Shown: positions 49,409 through 58,773 of the stretch, piece by piece | Layout: each line of letters starts with the position of its first letter | Position numbering within the stretch: the stretch's first letter is position 1 | Notes under the pieces: model-generated | Database searches by the model: none | The model's input: the letters and a program-made list of their open reading frames with translations, nothing else | Told to the model about the DNA's origin: nothing | Translations under genes and position numbers: made by a program | Assembly: GCA_044374875.1 (NCBI GenBank) | Contig: JBILNT010000001.1 | Coordinates: 2,214 to 66,213 of the forward strand | Source of the DNA: Rubrivivax sp. | GTDB taxonomy: Bacteria; Pseudomonadota; Gammaproteobacteria; Burkholderiales; Burkholderiaceae_C | Reading direction: 5' to 3' | DNA length: 64,000 nucleotides

Positions 49409-50644
49409 ATGACCGCAACCTCGGTCGTCCTCGGGGCGTGCGCCTTGCTCGTCGCCTGGCTCGTCGCGGTGGCAGGCGTCGTGCTCGGGCTGCGCAGGCG
49501 CACCGCCCAGGCATGGCAGTCGCCCGTGGTGCGCAGGCCCATGCTCGTGCTCGAGAGCGACGACTGGGGCGCCGGCCCGCCGGCACAGGCGCGGGCGTTG
49601 AAGGAGATCGCGAGCGTCCTGCGGCGTCATCGTGACGGCACGGGCCGCGCGCCCGTCATGAGCCTCGCGCTGGTGCTGGCCGTGCCCGATGGTGCGGCCG
49701 TCGCGGCGGGGCAGGGCTACCGGCGCATCGAGCTCGACGCGCCGCCGCTGCGGCCGGTCCTCGACGCCTTGCGCGAAGGCGTGGCCGCCGGCGTGCTCGG
49801 CGTGCAGCTTCACGGCCACGAGCACTTCTGGCCGCCTGCCCTGATGCGCTGCGTCGAATCCGACGTGCAGGCGTGGCTGCAGCGGCCGGAGCCCGCGGTC
49901 ACCGAGCAACTGCCTTCCCACCTGCAAAGCCGCTGGGTCGATGCATCGCGCCTGCCCTCGTCGCCCTTGCCTGCAGGCCAGGTGCGTGCTGCCGTCGCGC
50001 AAGAGGTGGCGGCGTACCGACGCATCGTGGGCGAGGTGCCCGCCGTGGTGGTGCCGCCCACCTTCGTGTGGACGCGCGAGGTCGAGCAGGCCTGGGCGCA
50101 GGCCGGCGTGGAGTTCGTCGTCACGCCCGGCTGGCGCTCCACGCTGCGCGACGCCAGTGGCCGCCCCGAAGGCGACGAAGGCCCGATCGTGAACGGCGAG
50201 CGGGCGGGTCGACTGACGTACCTGGTGCGCACCGACTACTTCGAGCCCGCGCGCGGGCGTGACGCGGCGCATGCGCTGGCGGCGCTGGACCGCGCGGCCG
50301 CGCAGGGCCAGCCGTGCGTGCTCGAGAACCACCGCGACAACTTCATCTTCGACGAGGCGCAGTGCCGGCGCAGCCTTGCCGAGCTCGACGCCCTGTGTGC
50401 CGGGGCCGTGCGCCGGCAGCCCGCGGTGCGCTTCCTGTCGACGGTGGAACTGGGTCGCATCCTGCGTGAGCGCGACCCCGAGTGGGTCGTCACCGCATGG
50501 CGCGAGCGCCTGCCCTTCGTGTGGGAACGGGTGCGGCACAGCGGGCGACCGTGGAGGCTGCTTCGGCTCCTGGGCGCCGCGGCACCGGGCGAGCTGCTGG
50601 TGCGCCTGATCGGCGTGCGGGCCGCCGAGGCCCCCCGGTCATGA
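49409..50644 (+). CDS. Membrane-anchored polysaccharide deacetylase-like (NodB/GH57-fold) protein
   Basis: N-terminal TM segment, ESDDWG, QLHGHEH, VPPTFVW, ENHRDNF. Confidence 0.6.
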   Translation: MTATSVVLGACALLVAWLVAVAGVVLGLRRRTAQAWQSPVVRRPMLVLESDDWGAGPPAQARALKEIASVLRRHRDGTGRAPVMSLALVLAVPDGAAVAAGQGYRRIELDAPPLRPVLDALREGVAAGVLGVQLHGHEHFWPPALMRCVESDVQAWLQRPEPAVTEQLPSHLQSRWVDASRLPSSPLPAGQVRAAVAQEVAAYRRIVGEVPAVVVPPTFVWTREVEQAWAQAGVEFVVTPGWRSTLRDASGRPEGDEGPIVNGERAGRLTYLVRTDYFEPARGRDAAHALAALDRAAAQGQPCVLENHRDNFIFDEAQCRRSLAELDALCAGAVRRQPAVRFLSTVELGRILRERDPEWVVTAWRERLPFVWERVRHSGRPWRLLRLLGAAAPGELLVRLIGVRAAEAPRS

Positions 50645-52987
50645 ACTGACCAGCCGGCGAATCCGCTCCACCCGCTTCAGCGGCGTGAAGCCGGCCAGGA
50701 TCCGCTGGCGGCCTGCGTCGCCCAGCTGCCGGGCGAAGCTTTCGTCCTGCAGCAGCCGTGCCAGGCCGGCTTCCACCGCCGCCACGCTGTTGCCATCCAC
50801 GCGCAGGCCGTTGAGCCCGTCCTGGACCGCCGAGCCCGTGCCGCCGGTGATGCCGGCGACGGCCGGCTTCGCGCAGGCGTTGGCCTCCAGGTACACGATG
50901 CCGAAGCCTTCGGTGTCGCCGTCGATGTCGCGGTTGGGCATCGCGAAGACGTCGCAGGCGTTGTACCAGCGGGGCAGGTCGTCGGGCGGCACGTGCCCGA
51001 GAAGGTGCAGCCGCTCGCGCACGCCCAGCTCGGCGGCCAGGTTCTCGAGGTACTCCCGGTCTTCGCCGATGCCGACGATGGCGTGATGCACGTCCAGGCC
51101 CCTCGCCACCAGGCCGGGCAAGGCCCTCACCACCTGGTCGAAGCTCTTGCGGCGCTGCAGGCGCCCCACCGAGAGAACGAGCTTCTGTGAAGCGCCGATG
51201 CCGATGGAACGGCGCAGGTCGTCGCTCGGCAGGCCAGGGCGGAACCGCTGGGCATCGACCGTGGGGTAGGCCATCGCGATGCGTGCCGGGGGCACCCCGA
51301 TCAGCGAGACCAGCGTGTCGCGCGTGAAGTCGCTGTTGGCCAGCACGGTGTCGGCGTGACGCAGTGCGAAGCACATCGTGCGGAACTTCCTGCCCCGGCC
51401 CCAGCCGGTCAGCTCCTCGCCGTGCGCGTAGATCACCACGCGGCTGCCCGCCAGCCTGCCCGCCGCCCACGCGACCAGGCCTTCGGGCAGCGCCCGGCCC
51501 GCCAGCACGGCGTCGAAGCGGTTCGTCAGGGCCAGCGTCGCCGCCTTGAGGAACATCCTCTTGTACATCGCCAGCGACTCGGGCTTGAGCCAGGCGTAGC
51601 GGCGCAGGTTCAGCCGGTGGATGCTGTTCGGGTGGCCGATGTCGAACGCGGCGTCGCCCGGCACGGCCGCGGTGACGATGTGCGTCGAGCGGCCGCCCAG
51701 CCGCCGGCAGTCGTCCTCGAACATCACCGCGGTGCCGCCCTTGGTCGGCAGGAACAGCTCGGTGAGCATCAGCAGGGGCGCTTCGCCGGGGTCGCGGCGC
51801 CCGAGAATCTGCGCGTAGAGGTGCTCGTAGCCGCTCGCGATCGCGCCGATCGAATAGCGCGAGACGGCCACCTGCCGGCCTCGTGCGCCCATGGCCGGGC
51901 CCTGGGGTCCCAGCACGCTCCTCACGGCCTGCGCCAGGCTCCTGGCGTCGTCGGGGGTGTAGAGCTGGCCTGTCATGCCGTCCGCGATCAGCTCCCGGCT
52001 GCCGCTGGCCCGGGCGGCGACGCAAGGCAGCCCGGCGGCCATGGCTTCCAGCACCACGTTCGGCAGGCCTTCCTTCGATGAAGGCAGCACCAGCGCGTCG
52101 GCACAGCGGTAGTAGGGCGTGACGTCGGCGCGGAAGTCGTGCAGCGCGAAGCAGCCGGGGTTGGCCTGCGCCAGTGCCGCCAGGTGGCCGCGCAGCAGGC
52201 CCTCGGGGTCGTCGCGCCCCTGCGGGCCCACGGCCAGCAGCAGCGCCCCGGTGCCGAACGCATCGTGCGCCACCCACTGCTCGGCCAGCCAGCGGATGTT
52301 CTTGCGCGGGTCCAGCACGCCCACGAACAGCGTCACGGGCTGCGTGGCCGGCAGCCCCAGGCTGGCGCGCAAGCCGGCCCGCTGCTCCGGCGGGACGGGC
52401 CGGAAGCGTTCCACGTCCACGCCATTGGGCTGGTGGAAGATGCGATTCGGCTCGATGCCGCCCGCACGGAACTCCTCCACCAGGTCGCGGCTGATCGCCA
52501 CGCAGGCGTCGACCCGGCGCAGCATGAAGCGGTGCAGCGTGCCCACCGCCGAGCCCTGCAGGTCGAGCAGGTCGTCCTGCGCCAGGCTGGCCTTGACGAT
52601 GGACTTCAGCCCCAGCAGCCGCGCCAGCGGACCCACGAACGCGTGCGTGTAGTAGGCGCCGTGGCTGTGCAGCACGTCGAAGTCGCGGCGGCGGCGCCAC
52701 ACGTAGCGCGCCAGGTTCAGCCAGAGGCGGAACTCGCGGTGCTTGCGCAGGCGGCCGGGCTCCAGCCTCTGCACGTGGAAGCCGTCCACCTGCGTGGTGT
52801 CGGCCAGACCCGGCCAGCGGTTGGTCACGAACTCGACGTGGTGCCCGCGGCGTCGCAGTTCGTGCGCGAGCGTCAGGGCCTGCAGCGCCGCGCCACTGTA
52901 CTCGGGCGCGAAGTAGGCCGTGTACATCAGGATGCGCAGCGGGGCCGTGGAGGCCGCGGGCATGTCGGGCATGCGAGCGTCTGGCAT
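50639..52987 (-). CDS. Tandem double-GT4 glycosyltransferase
   Basis: Two complete GT4 units with EX7E motifs EGLPNVVLEA and EGFGIVYLEA. Confidence 0.88.
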   Translation of the reverse strand: MPDARMPDMPAASTAPLRILMYTAYFAPEYSGAALQALTLAHELRRRGHHVEFVTNRWPGLADTTQVDGFHVQRLEPGRLRKHREFRLWLNLARYVWRRRRDFDVLHSHGAYYTHAFVGPLARLLGLKSIVKASLAQDDLLDLQGSAVGTLHRFMLRRVDACVAISRDLVEEFRAGGIEPNRIFHQPNGVDVERFRPVPPEQRAGLRASLGLPATQPVTLFVGVLDPRKNIRWLAEQWVAHDAFGTGALLLAVGPQGRDDPEGLLRGHLAALAQANPGCFALHDFRADVTPYYRCADALVLPSSKEGLPNVVLEAMAAGLPCVAARASGSRELIADGMTGQLYTPDDARSLAQAVRSVLGPQGPAMGARGRQVAVSRYSIGAIASGYEHLYAQILGRRDPGEAPLLMLTELFLPTKGGTAVMFEDDCRRLGGRSTHIVTAAVPGDAAFDIGHPNSIHRLNLRRYAWLKPESLAMYKRMFLKAATLALTNRFDAVLAGRALPEGLVAWAAGRLAGSRVVIYAHGEELTGWGRGRKFRTMCFALRHADTVLANSDFTRDTLVSLIGVPPARIAMAYPTVDAQRFRPGLPSDDLRRSIGIGASQKLVLSVGRLQRRKSFDQVVRALPGLVARGLDVHHAIVGIGEDREYLENLAAELGVRERLHLLGHVPPDDLPRWYNACDVFAMPNRDIDGDTEGFGIVYLEANACAKPAVAGITGGTGSAVQDGLNGLRVDGNSVAAVEAGLARLLQDESFARQLGDAGRQRILAGFTPLKRVERIRRLVSS

Positions 52988-53009
52988 GGTGAGCTGGAGT
53001 ATCCGTGCC

Positions 53010-54623
53010 TCAGTGCTGCAGGCCGTGGTGCGAAAGCCAGCAATCCATCACGACCAGTGCCCAGACGCGAAAGGCGAGCGCACCCTCGCCGTCGATGAAG
53101 GCCTGCGCGTAGCGCTGCACCTCGTCGCTGCGCAGCAGGCCGCCGCGGCGCCAGCGCCCGGGATCGAGGTGGTGCCGCACCAGGGCGTGGCCCTTGGCGC
53201 GCAGGAAGGCCTCCAGCGGGAACGTGAAGCCCTGCTTGGGTCTGTCCCACAGCTCAGGTGGCGCATGGCGCGCCAGCGCGCGGCGCAGCACCCGCTTCGG
53301 CCGGCCAGGGCGGTGGTGCCACTCCGGGGCGAGCGACCGCAGCAGCCCGTCGACCGCGCGCATCGCGAAGGGAAAGCGCACGCGCGCCGTGCTGGCGGCC
53401 AGGGCCTGCGCCAGCCGGTCGCAGGGCATGGTGTCGATCAGCGCGCTGTAGCGCGCGAGGTGGGCATGCCGGCCGTGCTGCTCGAACACGCGGTGGAAGC
53501 GTGTGTGGGCCAGGGGCACCGCCTCGCCGCACAGCGCCTCGATCTCGTGGCGCTTGAAGCCCTTCCAGCGCATCAGCACCTCGGCCGGGTGTTCGAAGTC
53601 CAGCAGCGGCGTGTAGCGCGCCAGGGCCGGGGCGCGCCGCATCGCCTTGACCACCGGGCGGCGCAGCCCGGCCGGCAGCAGGCTGCCGTAGCCCACGGCC
53701 AGGCGGGCGTGGCGTGGCGGCAAGGCGCCCACCGCTTCGTCGGCCCCGGTGCCGTCCAGCACCACGTCGAAGTGCCTGGCGCAGTGCTCGAAGGCCAGCA
53801 GCGTGGCGGGCGTGGCGGGGTCCGCCATCGGCTGGTCCATCGTGGCGCACAGCCGCGACAGGGCGTCGACCATCTCGTCGTGGCCAAACCGCAGCACCTC
53901 GTGCGCGATGCCGAGATGCCTGGCCATCGCGGCAGCGGCCGGGGCCTCGTCGAAGCCAGCGCCATCGAAGCCCACGGTCACTGCCGTCAGCCGCCTGTCC
54001 AGCCCCGCCGCCACCGCGCACAGCAGCGACGAGTCGATGCCCCCGCTCAGGAAGGCCGCGGGGCGTTGCGCCCCCTCCAGGCAGGTGGCCACGCCCTGGC
54101 GCAGCCGGTCGTCCAGCGCCTGCACTGCGTCGTCGAAGGTCAGCGGGTGGACGTCGGGCCGCAGGCCCGCGCCGACCCGGTGTTCTCGCGGCTCGCCGCT
54201 GTCCCGGGGCCAGTGAAGGCAGCGCCCGGGCAGCAGGGCATGCACGCCGTGCGCGATGGTGGCGGGCGCTGCGATGTCCAGCAGCCGCAGGTATTCGTGC
54301 AGCCCGGCGCGGTCGATGTGCAAGGGCGCGCCCGTCGGCAACAGGTCGCGCAGGCGTGTGGCACCGTGTGGCGCGCCGGCGGCCCCGCGCTGCCAGAACA
54401 GCGGGTGCAGGCCCGAGCTGTCGCGGTAGAGCACGGTCTCGCCGCCCAGGTCGAGGGCCATCGCGAAGGGGCCGTCCAGCCGCTCGAAGAGCGCCGGGCC
54501 CCAGCGGCGCCAGCCCGCGGCCAGCAGTGCTTCAGGGGCGCTGCAGTCGGGCAGGGCAAGCCCTGCCGCCAGTTGGCGCAGTCCGAACACCTCGCCGGCA
54601 AGGCCGATGCGGGGCGTGATCAT
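53010..54623 (-). CDS. Asparagine synthetase-like ATP pyrophosphatase lacking the catalytic N-terminal Cys
   Basis: FLSGGIDSS, LDGTGADE, RFPF, RPKQGF; begins MITPRIG, with ATGA overlap with the upstream GT2 stop. Confidence 0.85.
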   Translation of the reverse strand: MITPRIGLAGEVFGLRQLAAGLALPDCSAPEALLAAGWRRWGPALFERLDGPFAMALDLGGETVLYRDSSGLHPLFWQRGAAGAPHGATRLRDLLPTGAPLHIDRAGLHEYLRLLDIAAPATIAHGVHALLPGRCLHWPRDSGEPREHRVGAGLRPDVHPLTFDDAVQALDDRLRQGVATCLEGAQRPAAFLSGGIDSSLLCAVAAGLDRRLTAVTVGFDGAGFDEAPAAAAMARHLGIAHEVLRFGHDEMVDALSRLCATMDQPMADPATPATLLAFEHCARHFDVVLDGTGADEAVGALPPRHARLAVGYGSLLPAGLRRPVVKAMRRAPALARYTPLLDFEHPAEVLMRWKGFKRHEIEALCGEAVPLAHTRFHRVFEQHGRHAHLARYSALIDTMPCDRLAQALAASTARVRFPFAMRAVDGLLRSLAPEWHHRPGRPKRVLRRALARHAPPELWDRPKQGFTFPLEAFLRAKGHALVRHHLDPGRWRRGGLLRSDEVQRYAQAFIDGEGALAFRVWALVVMDCWLSHHGLQH

Positions 54624-55576
54624 GAGCGCTGGGCGCGGCGTCGAACCGCCTGCATCAGGCAGGCCGTGCCGGCACGCAGCACGGCCGCCAGGCTGCCGGG
54701 CGACCGGTGCGCGGCCCAGGCACGGCGTGCCCAGTGCCATGCGGCCTGCGACTGGCTGCGCGCGGCGTGCATGCGCGCGATGTGTGCGCATTCCCGGGCC
54801 ACGAGCCGGGCGAGCAGCGCCCCCGGCCGGCCAGCCCGGTCCTGCGCTTGCAGCACCGCCACGTAGGCCGTTGCCATCGCCAGCCTGTCGCGCGAGGCAT
54901 TGTGCTCGTGCAGCCTGCGCAGCAGGCACACCTCGGCAACCCAGGCCACCGCGGCGCGGCGCGCCAGCCTGAGCCACAGGTCCAGGTCTTCGACCAGCAG
55001 CAGCGACTCGCGGAACCCCCCGGCATCGGCCAGCGCCTGCCTGCGCGCGACCACCGAGCCGGTGGTCACGAAGCCTGCCGACAGCAGCCGTTCGTACGCA
55101 TCGGGCAGCAGCGGCCCGGGGCCCCAGGCCCGCCGGCCGAGGGCGCCCGCCTCGAACTCGGTGCCGGGGCGAGGGCCGGTGGCGTCGAACTGCCGGCAAT
55201 CCCCGAACACGAAGGCGGCCTCGGGCACACGCTGCAGCACTGCCAACTGCCGTGCCAGCTTGCCAGCGGGCCACGCATCGTCGGCATCGAGGAAGGCCAC
55301 GAACTCGCCGTGCGCCGCCGCCAGCCCGGCATTGCGTGCCGCCGCGGGCCCGCGGCCGGCTGTGGCCAGCACCTGCACGCCGGGGTGCGCGGCAGCCCGC
55401 GCGGCGGTGTCGTCCCGCGAGCCGTCGTCCACGACGATGACCTGCAGGCTGAACGGCCCCTGCTGCGCGGCGACGCTGGCCAGGCACTCGTCGATGTAGC
55501 GCGCGGCGTCGCGCGCGGGGATGACGACGCTGACGGTCGACCGGGTGTCCGCTGCCGGGCAGATCGAGGAGCTCAC
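54620..55576 (-). CDS. GT2 glycosyltransferase
   Basis: VSVVIPA, VVDDGSRD, AARNAG, FLDADD, EDLDLWLRL. Confidence 0.92.
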   Translation of the reverse strand: MSSSICPAADTRSTVSVVIPARDAARYIDECLASVAAQQGPFSLQVIVVDDGSRDDTAARAAAHPGVQVLATAGRGPAAARNAGLAAAHGEFVAFLDADDAWPAGKLARQLAVLQRVPEAAFVFGDCRQFDATGPRPGTEFEAGALGRRAWGPGPLLPDAYERLLSAGFVTTGSVVARRQALADAGGFRESLLLVEDLDLWLRLARRAAVAWVAEVCLLRRLHEHNASRDRLAMATAYVAVLQAQDRAGRPGALLARLVARECAHIARMHAARSQSQAAWHWARRAWAAHRSPGSLAAVLRAGTACLMQAVRRRAQRS

Positions 55577-55947
55577 GGCCGGGCCGCGGTGGGATGGGTG
55601 GGCCCTCGCCGGGCCGGCCGCAGGGCACCATGCAAGCCTCGTGGTGCCCCGGTGAGCGCGAGGGCGGCGCTGGCCGCGGGTCGACTCATGGCCTCACTCA
55701 ACCTTCCTGTCCTGCGAATGGGGTTTGCCGCGCGAAACGTGCTGGTCTAGGATGTTCGCGAGTCCAGGCAGCCGAATCACGAGGCCGGGGCCGCCGCACA
55801 TGGGCTGCCCGTGAGACTCGTCGACTGCCGGGCGAAGGCGGCCATCCAGTCACTGGCGTGGTCGGGGCAGATCATAAGGACGCCCGACGGCGCTTTGCCT
55901 GGCGGACTTCTCGTGATTGCGCAACCCTCATCATTCGGATTCGCAGA

Positions 55948-56841
55948 TTGCCAACCCCTTCACGAACACGCGCACCCGCCAAGGGCCACGACGCGCGAAG
56001 CCTGCGTGAACGCATCGAGCGGCAGGCCTGGCGCGCCCTCAAGAGCGTCAGGCTTCGCGCGCCCGCAGCCCGACGGCAGTGTGTCTTCGTGGCGGGCATG
56101 CAGCGCTCCGGCACGAACATGCTGATGGAACTGCTCGAATGGAGTCGTGCGACCGACGTCTACCACGAGACCGATCCACGTGCCTTCGACAACTACCAGA
56201 TGCGCCCGCGCGAGACGATCAGGCGTCTGATGGCCCGGTCGTCCGCGCCGGTCGTCGTCATCAAGGCGCTTTGCGAACTCGACCTCCTGAAGGCGCTGAT
56301 GGACGACTTCGCCCCGGCCCGCGCGATCTGGATCGTTCGCGCGCTCGACGACAGCGTGAACTCGGCAGTGAGGTCGTTCGGCAACTTCGCCAGGCAGACG
56401 CACCGTCTGGCGAAGGACAAGACGGCCGACGAGTGGCGCGGGCGCGGCATGTCCGACGAGACCCAGGGGATCCTGCAGCGGTTCGACACCCCGGAGCTGT
56501 CCGAGCCGGATGCCGCGGCGTTGATGTGGTACTACCGAAACGTGCTGTACTTCGAGCAGGGTCTGCACCGTGATGCCCGGGTTCGCCTCGTCTTCTATGA
56601 AGACCTGGTCCGGGATCCGCCGCGAATCATGGGCGAGCTCTTCGACTTCATCGGCCTGCAGGACTGGTCGCTCTGGGTCAGTCGCCACGTGCATGCGCGT
56701 TCGGTCGGCAAGTCACGCCAGGCGCCCCTCTCCGACCCCGTGCGCCAGGTGTGCGACGGACTTCGGGAGCGCTTCGAGCAGGCTCGGCAGGCTTCGCAGG
56801 TGACAACACACGGTCAGCGGCAAGCGTTCCCGGTCGCGTGA
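55948..56841 (+). CDS. Sulfotransferase (PAPS-dependent); start uncertain
   Basis: VFVAGMQRSGTN 5'-PSB loop, WIVRALDDSVNS, VFYEDLVRDP...LFDFIGL. Confidence 0.8.
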   Translation: MPTPSRTRAPAKGHDARSLRERIERQAWRALKSVRLRAPAARRQCVFVAGMQRSGTNMLMELLEWSRATDVYHETDPRAFDNYQMRPRETIRRLMARSSAPVVVIKALCELDLLKALMDDFAPARAIWIVRALDDSVNSAVRSFGNFARQTHRLAKDKTADEWRGRGMSDETQGILQRFDTPELSEPDAAALMWYYRNVLYFEQGLHRDARVRLVFYEDLVRDPPRIMGELFDFIGLQDWSLWVSRHVHARSVGKSRQAPLSDPVRQVCDGLRERFEQARQASQVTTHGQRQAFPVA

Positions 56842-56890
56842 ATCCGCGCGGTCGCGGGGCATGGGCCCCAAGGCAGAGGGGGCGTCCGCA

Positions 56891-57802
56891 TCAGATCGCC
56901 CGGCCTCGGATCATCGCGAGCAGCAGGCTGGCCCCGAGCCTCCCCTTGCGCCACGGCGACAGGCACATCGCCTGCACGGTCCAGGCCAGTGCCTGCCGCT
57001 TGGCGCCGCGGCGCCACGCCATCTTCGCGTAGTCGGCCAGCGCGCCCGCGCATGCGGCGCGCCACCAGGCGCCGCGCCGGGCGGGTGGCAGCAGGCCCCG
57101 GTTCTTCTCGAACGAGCGCAGCGTGGCCAGCCGCATGCGCGGCAAGTGGCTGCTGACGCTGCCAGGGGTGCGCACCACCATCGTCAAGGGCTCGGCGATG
57201 CAGCCGTAGGGCGCCTGCGCCGACAGGCGGATCCACAGGTCCGGGTCCTCGAAGCCGCGAAGCGACGCGTCGAAGCCGCCGGCCTGGCGGACCAGCGCCG
57301 TGCGTGCCAGCACGCCCGAGGTCGAGCCGCTGACGGCCGCGCTGCGCACGAAGAGCGTCTCGGTGAGGCTCGCGGCCTCGGCGTCGCTGCAGCAACCCCA
57401 TTCGGCCACCAGCCGGCCCTGTTCGTCGACGACCCGGGTCGCGGTCGAGCACCAGCCGATCTCGGGGCGCATGCGCATCAACTGCACCTGGCGTTCGAGC
57501 TTGTGCGGCAGCCAGTGGTCGTCGGCATCGAGGAAGGCGACGAATTCGCCGCGGGCGTGGCCCAGCCCGGTGTTGCGCGCCGCGGCCGGGCCGGCGTTGG
57601 CCTGGCCGAAGGCGCGGACCCTGCCCCCGCGTGCCGATGCCAGCGCCAGTGTCCCGTCCTGGCTGCCGTCGTCGACGACGATGACTTCGAGGTCGTTGAA
57701 GGTCTGCCCCAGCACGCTGTCGATGGCGCGGCCTATCGTGCGTGCGGCGTTGTACGCCGGCATGACGACGCTGACGACGGGAGCGGGGCTGTTGGACGAC
57801 AT
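56891..57802 (-). CDS. GT2 glycosyltransferase
   Basis: VSVVMPAYN, VVDDGSQD, AARNTG, FLDADD, EDPDLWIRL. Confidence 0.92.
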   Translation of the reverse strand: MSSNSPAPVVSVVMPAYNAARTIGRAIDSVLGQTFNDLEVIVVDDGSQDGTLALASARGGRVRAFGQANAGPAAARNTGLGHARGEFVAFLDADDHWLPHKLERQVQLMRMRPEIGWCSTATRVVDEQGRLVAEWGCCSDAEAASLTETLFVRSAAVSGSTSGVLARTALVRQAGGFDASLRGFEDPDLWIRLSAQAPYGCIAEPLTMVVRTPGSVSSHLPRMRLATLRSFEKNRGLLPPARRGAWWRAACAGALADYAKMAWRRGAKRQALAWTVQAMCLSPWRKGRLGASLLLAMIRGRAI

Positions 57803-57822
57803 CGTCGTGGCTTGCCGGCTCG

Positions 57823-58773
57823 TCAGTCGTCGGGGTCGTAGCCCATCTCGAGCATCAACGGCCGGATGGTCGGCAGCACGCGGGCGATCGCTTCGGGGTT
57901 GTGCTCGCGCCACTTCGCGCGCCTGGGCCGGCCCTTGACGATGCTGGTCGGGCGCAGGTTGGCGCAGCGTGCGCGCAACTCGTCGGTGAAGGGGACGTCC
58001 AGCTTCTCGAAGGCGCTGCGGAACATCTCCACCGGGCGCTCGAAGAGGTCTTCGTAGCGCAGGTGCACGCGCCGGTCATCGGGGATGCCTCCGAGCGCAT
58101 CCAGCGCCAGCCGGTTGGCCGCGACCCACTGGAACGCGCACACCTCTTCCAGTGAAGCCTGGTTGTAGGCCCGCCAGCCCGGTGCCAGGAAGAAGGCCCA
58201 GTCTGTGAACATGCCGCCTTCGATGGCCACCGGCTCGGGGAAGGGGCCGAAGAACTGGGACAGGTGGAAGTCGCCGTCGGTGCGGCCGTGACGCCAGCCG
58301 TCCATCATCGAGCTGATGTTGTCGCGCCCGTCACGTTGTATGTACACGAAGCGCGCCTGCGGGAACAGCGCGTCCAGGTAGGGGATGCGCATCACGTTGA
58401 TGCAGGTCTTGTCGATCACGAGCCCGGCGCCCAGGCGGGCGTAGAAGTGGCGCAGCGCGGCATGGCGGTGCCGTGGGCGCGCGTGTTCGGCGCCTGCGGC
58501 CTCCGAATCCCAGCCGTTGTTCAGCGGGCCGTGCAGGCTGTCCCAGAACTGCGGGATCTCCCAGCCGAAGCTCAGGAACTGCGGCGCGGCGGCCAGCGTC
58601 TCGTAGGTGATGGTGGTGCCCGAGCGAGAGCAGCCCACCACGAACACCGGGTCGGGCATCGACGGGCGCGCGAGGTCGTACCAGCGCCCGCGCACTGCCC
58701 GGCGCAGGGCCTGGAGGTTCTTGGCCCGGATCTCGGGGTCCAGGAGCTTGTGGAGCTTGCGCAGGCTATGCAT
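57823..58773 (-). CDS. Sulfotransferase (PAPS-dependent)
   Basis: VFVVGCSRSGTT, IDKT, IQRDGRDNISS, LRYEDL, EMGY. Confidence 0.88.
   Translation of the reverse strand: MHSLRKLHKLLDPEIRAKNLQALRRAVRGRWYDLARPSMPDPVFVVGCSRSGTTITYETLAAAPQFLSFGWEIPQFWDSLHGPLNNGWDSEAAGAEHARPRHRHAALRHFYARLGAGLVIDKTCINVMRIPYLDALFPQARFVYIQRDGRDNISSMMDGWRHGRTDGDFHLSQFFGPFPEPVAIEGGMFTDWAFFLAPGWRAYNQASLEEVCAFQWVAANRLALDALGGIPDDRRVHLRYEDLFERPVEMFRSAFEKLDVPFTDELRARCANLRPTSIVKGRPRRAKWREHNPEAIARVLPTIRPLMLEMGYDPDD

Noticed and set aside
55700-55760. GGCAAACC on the minus strand resembling a c-di-GMP-I riboswitch start
   Set aside because: Lacks the GNRA-capped stem and the downstream GACGCAAA motif.
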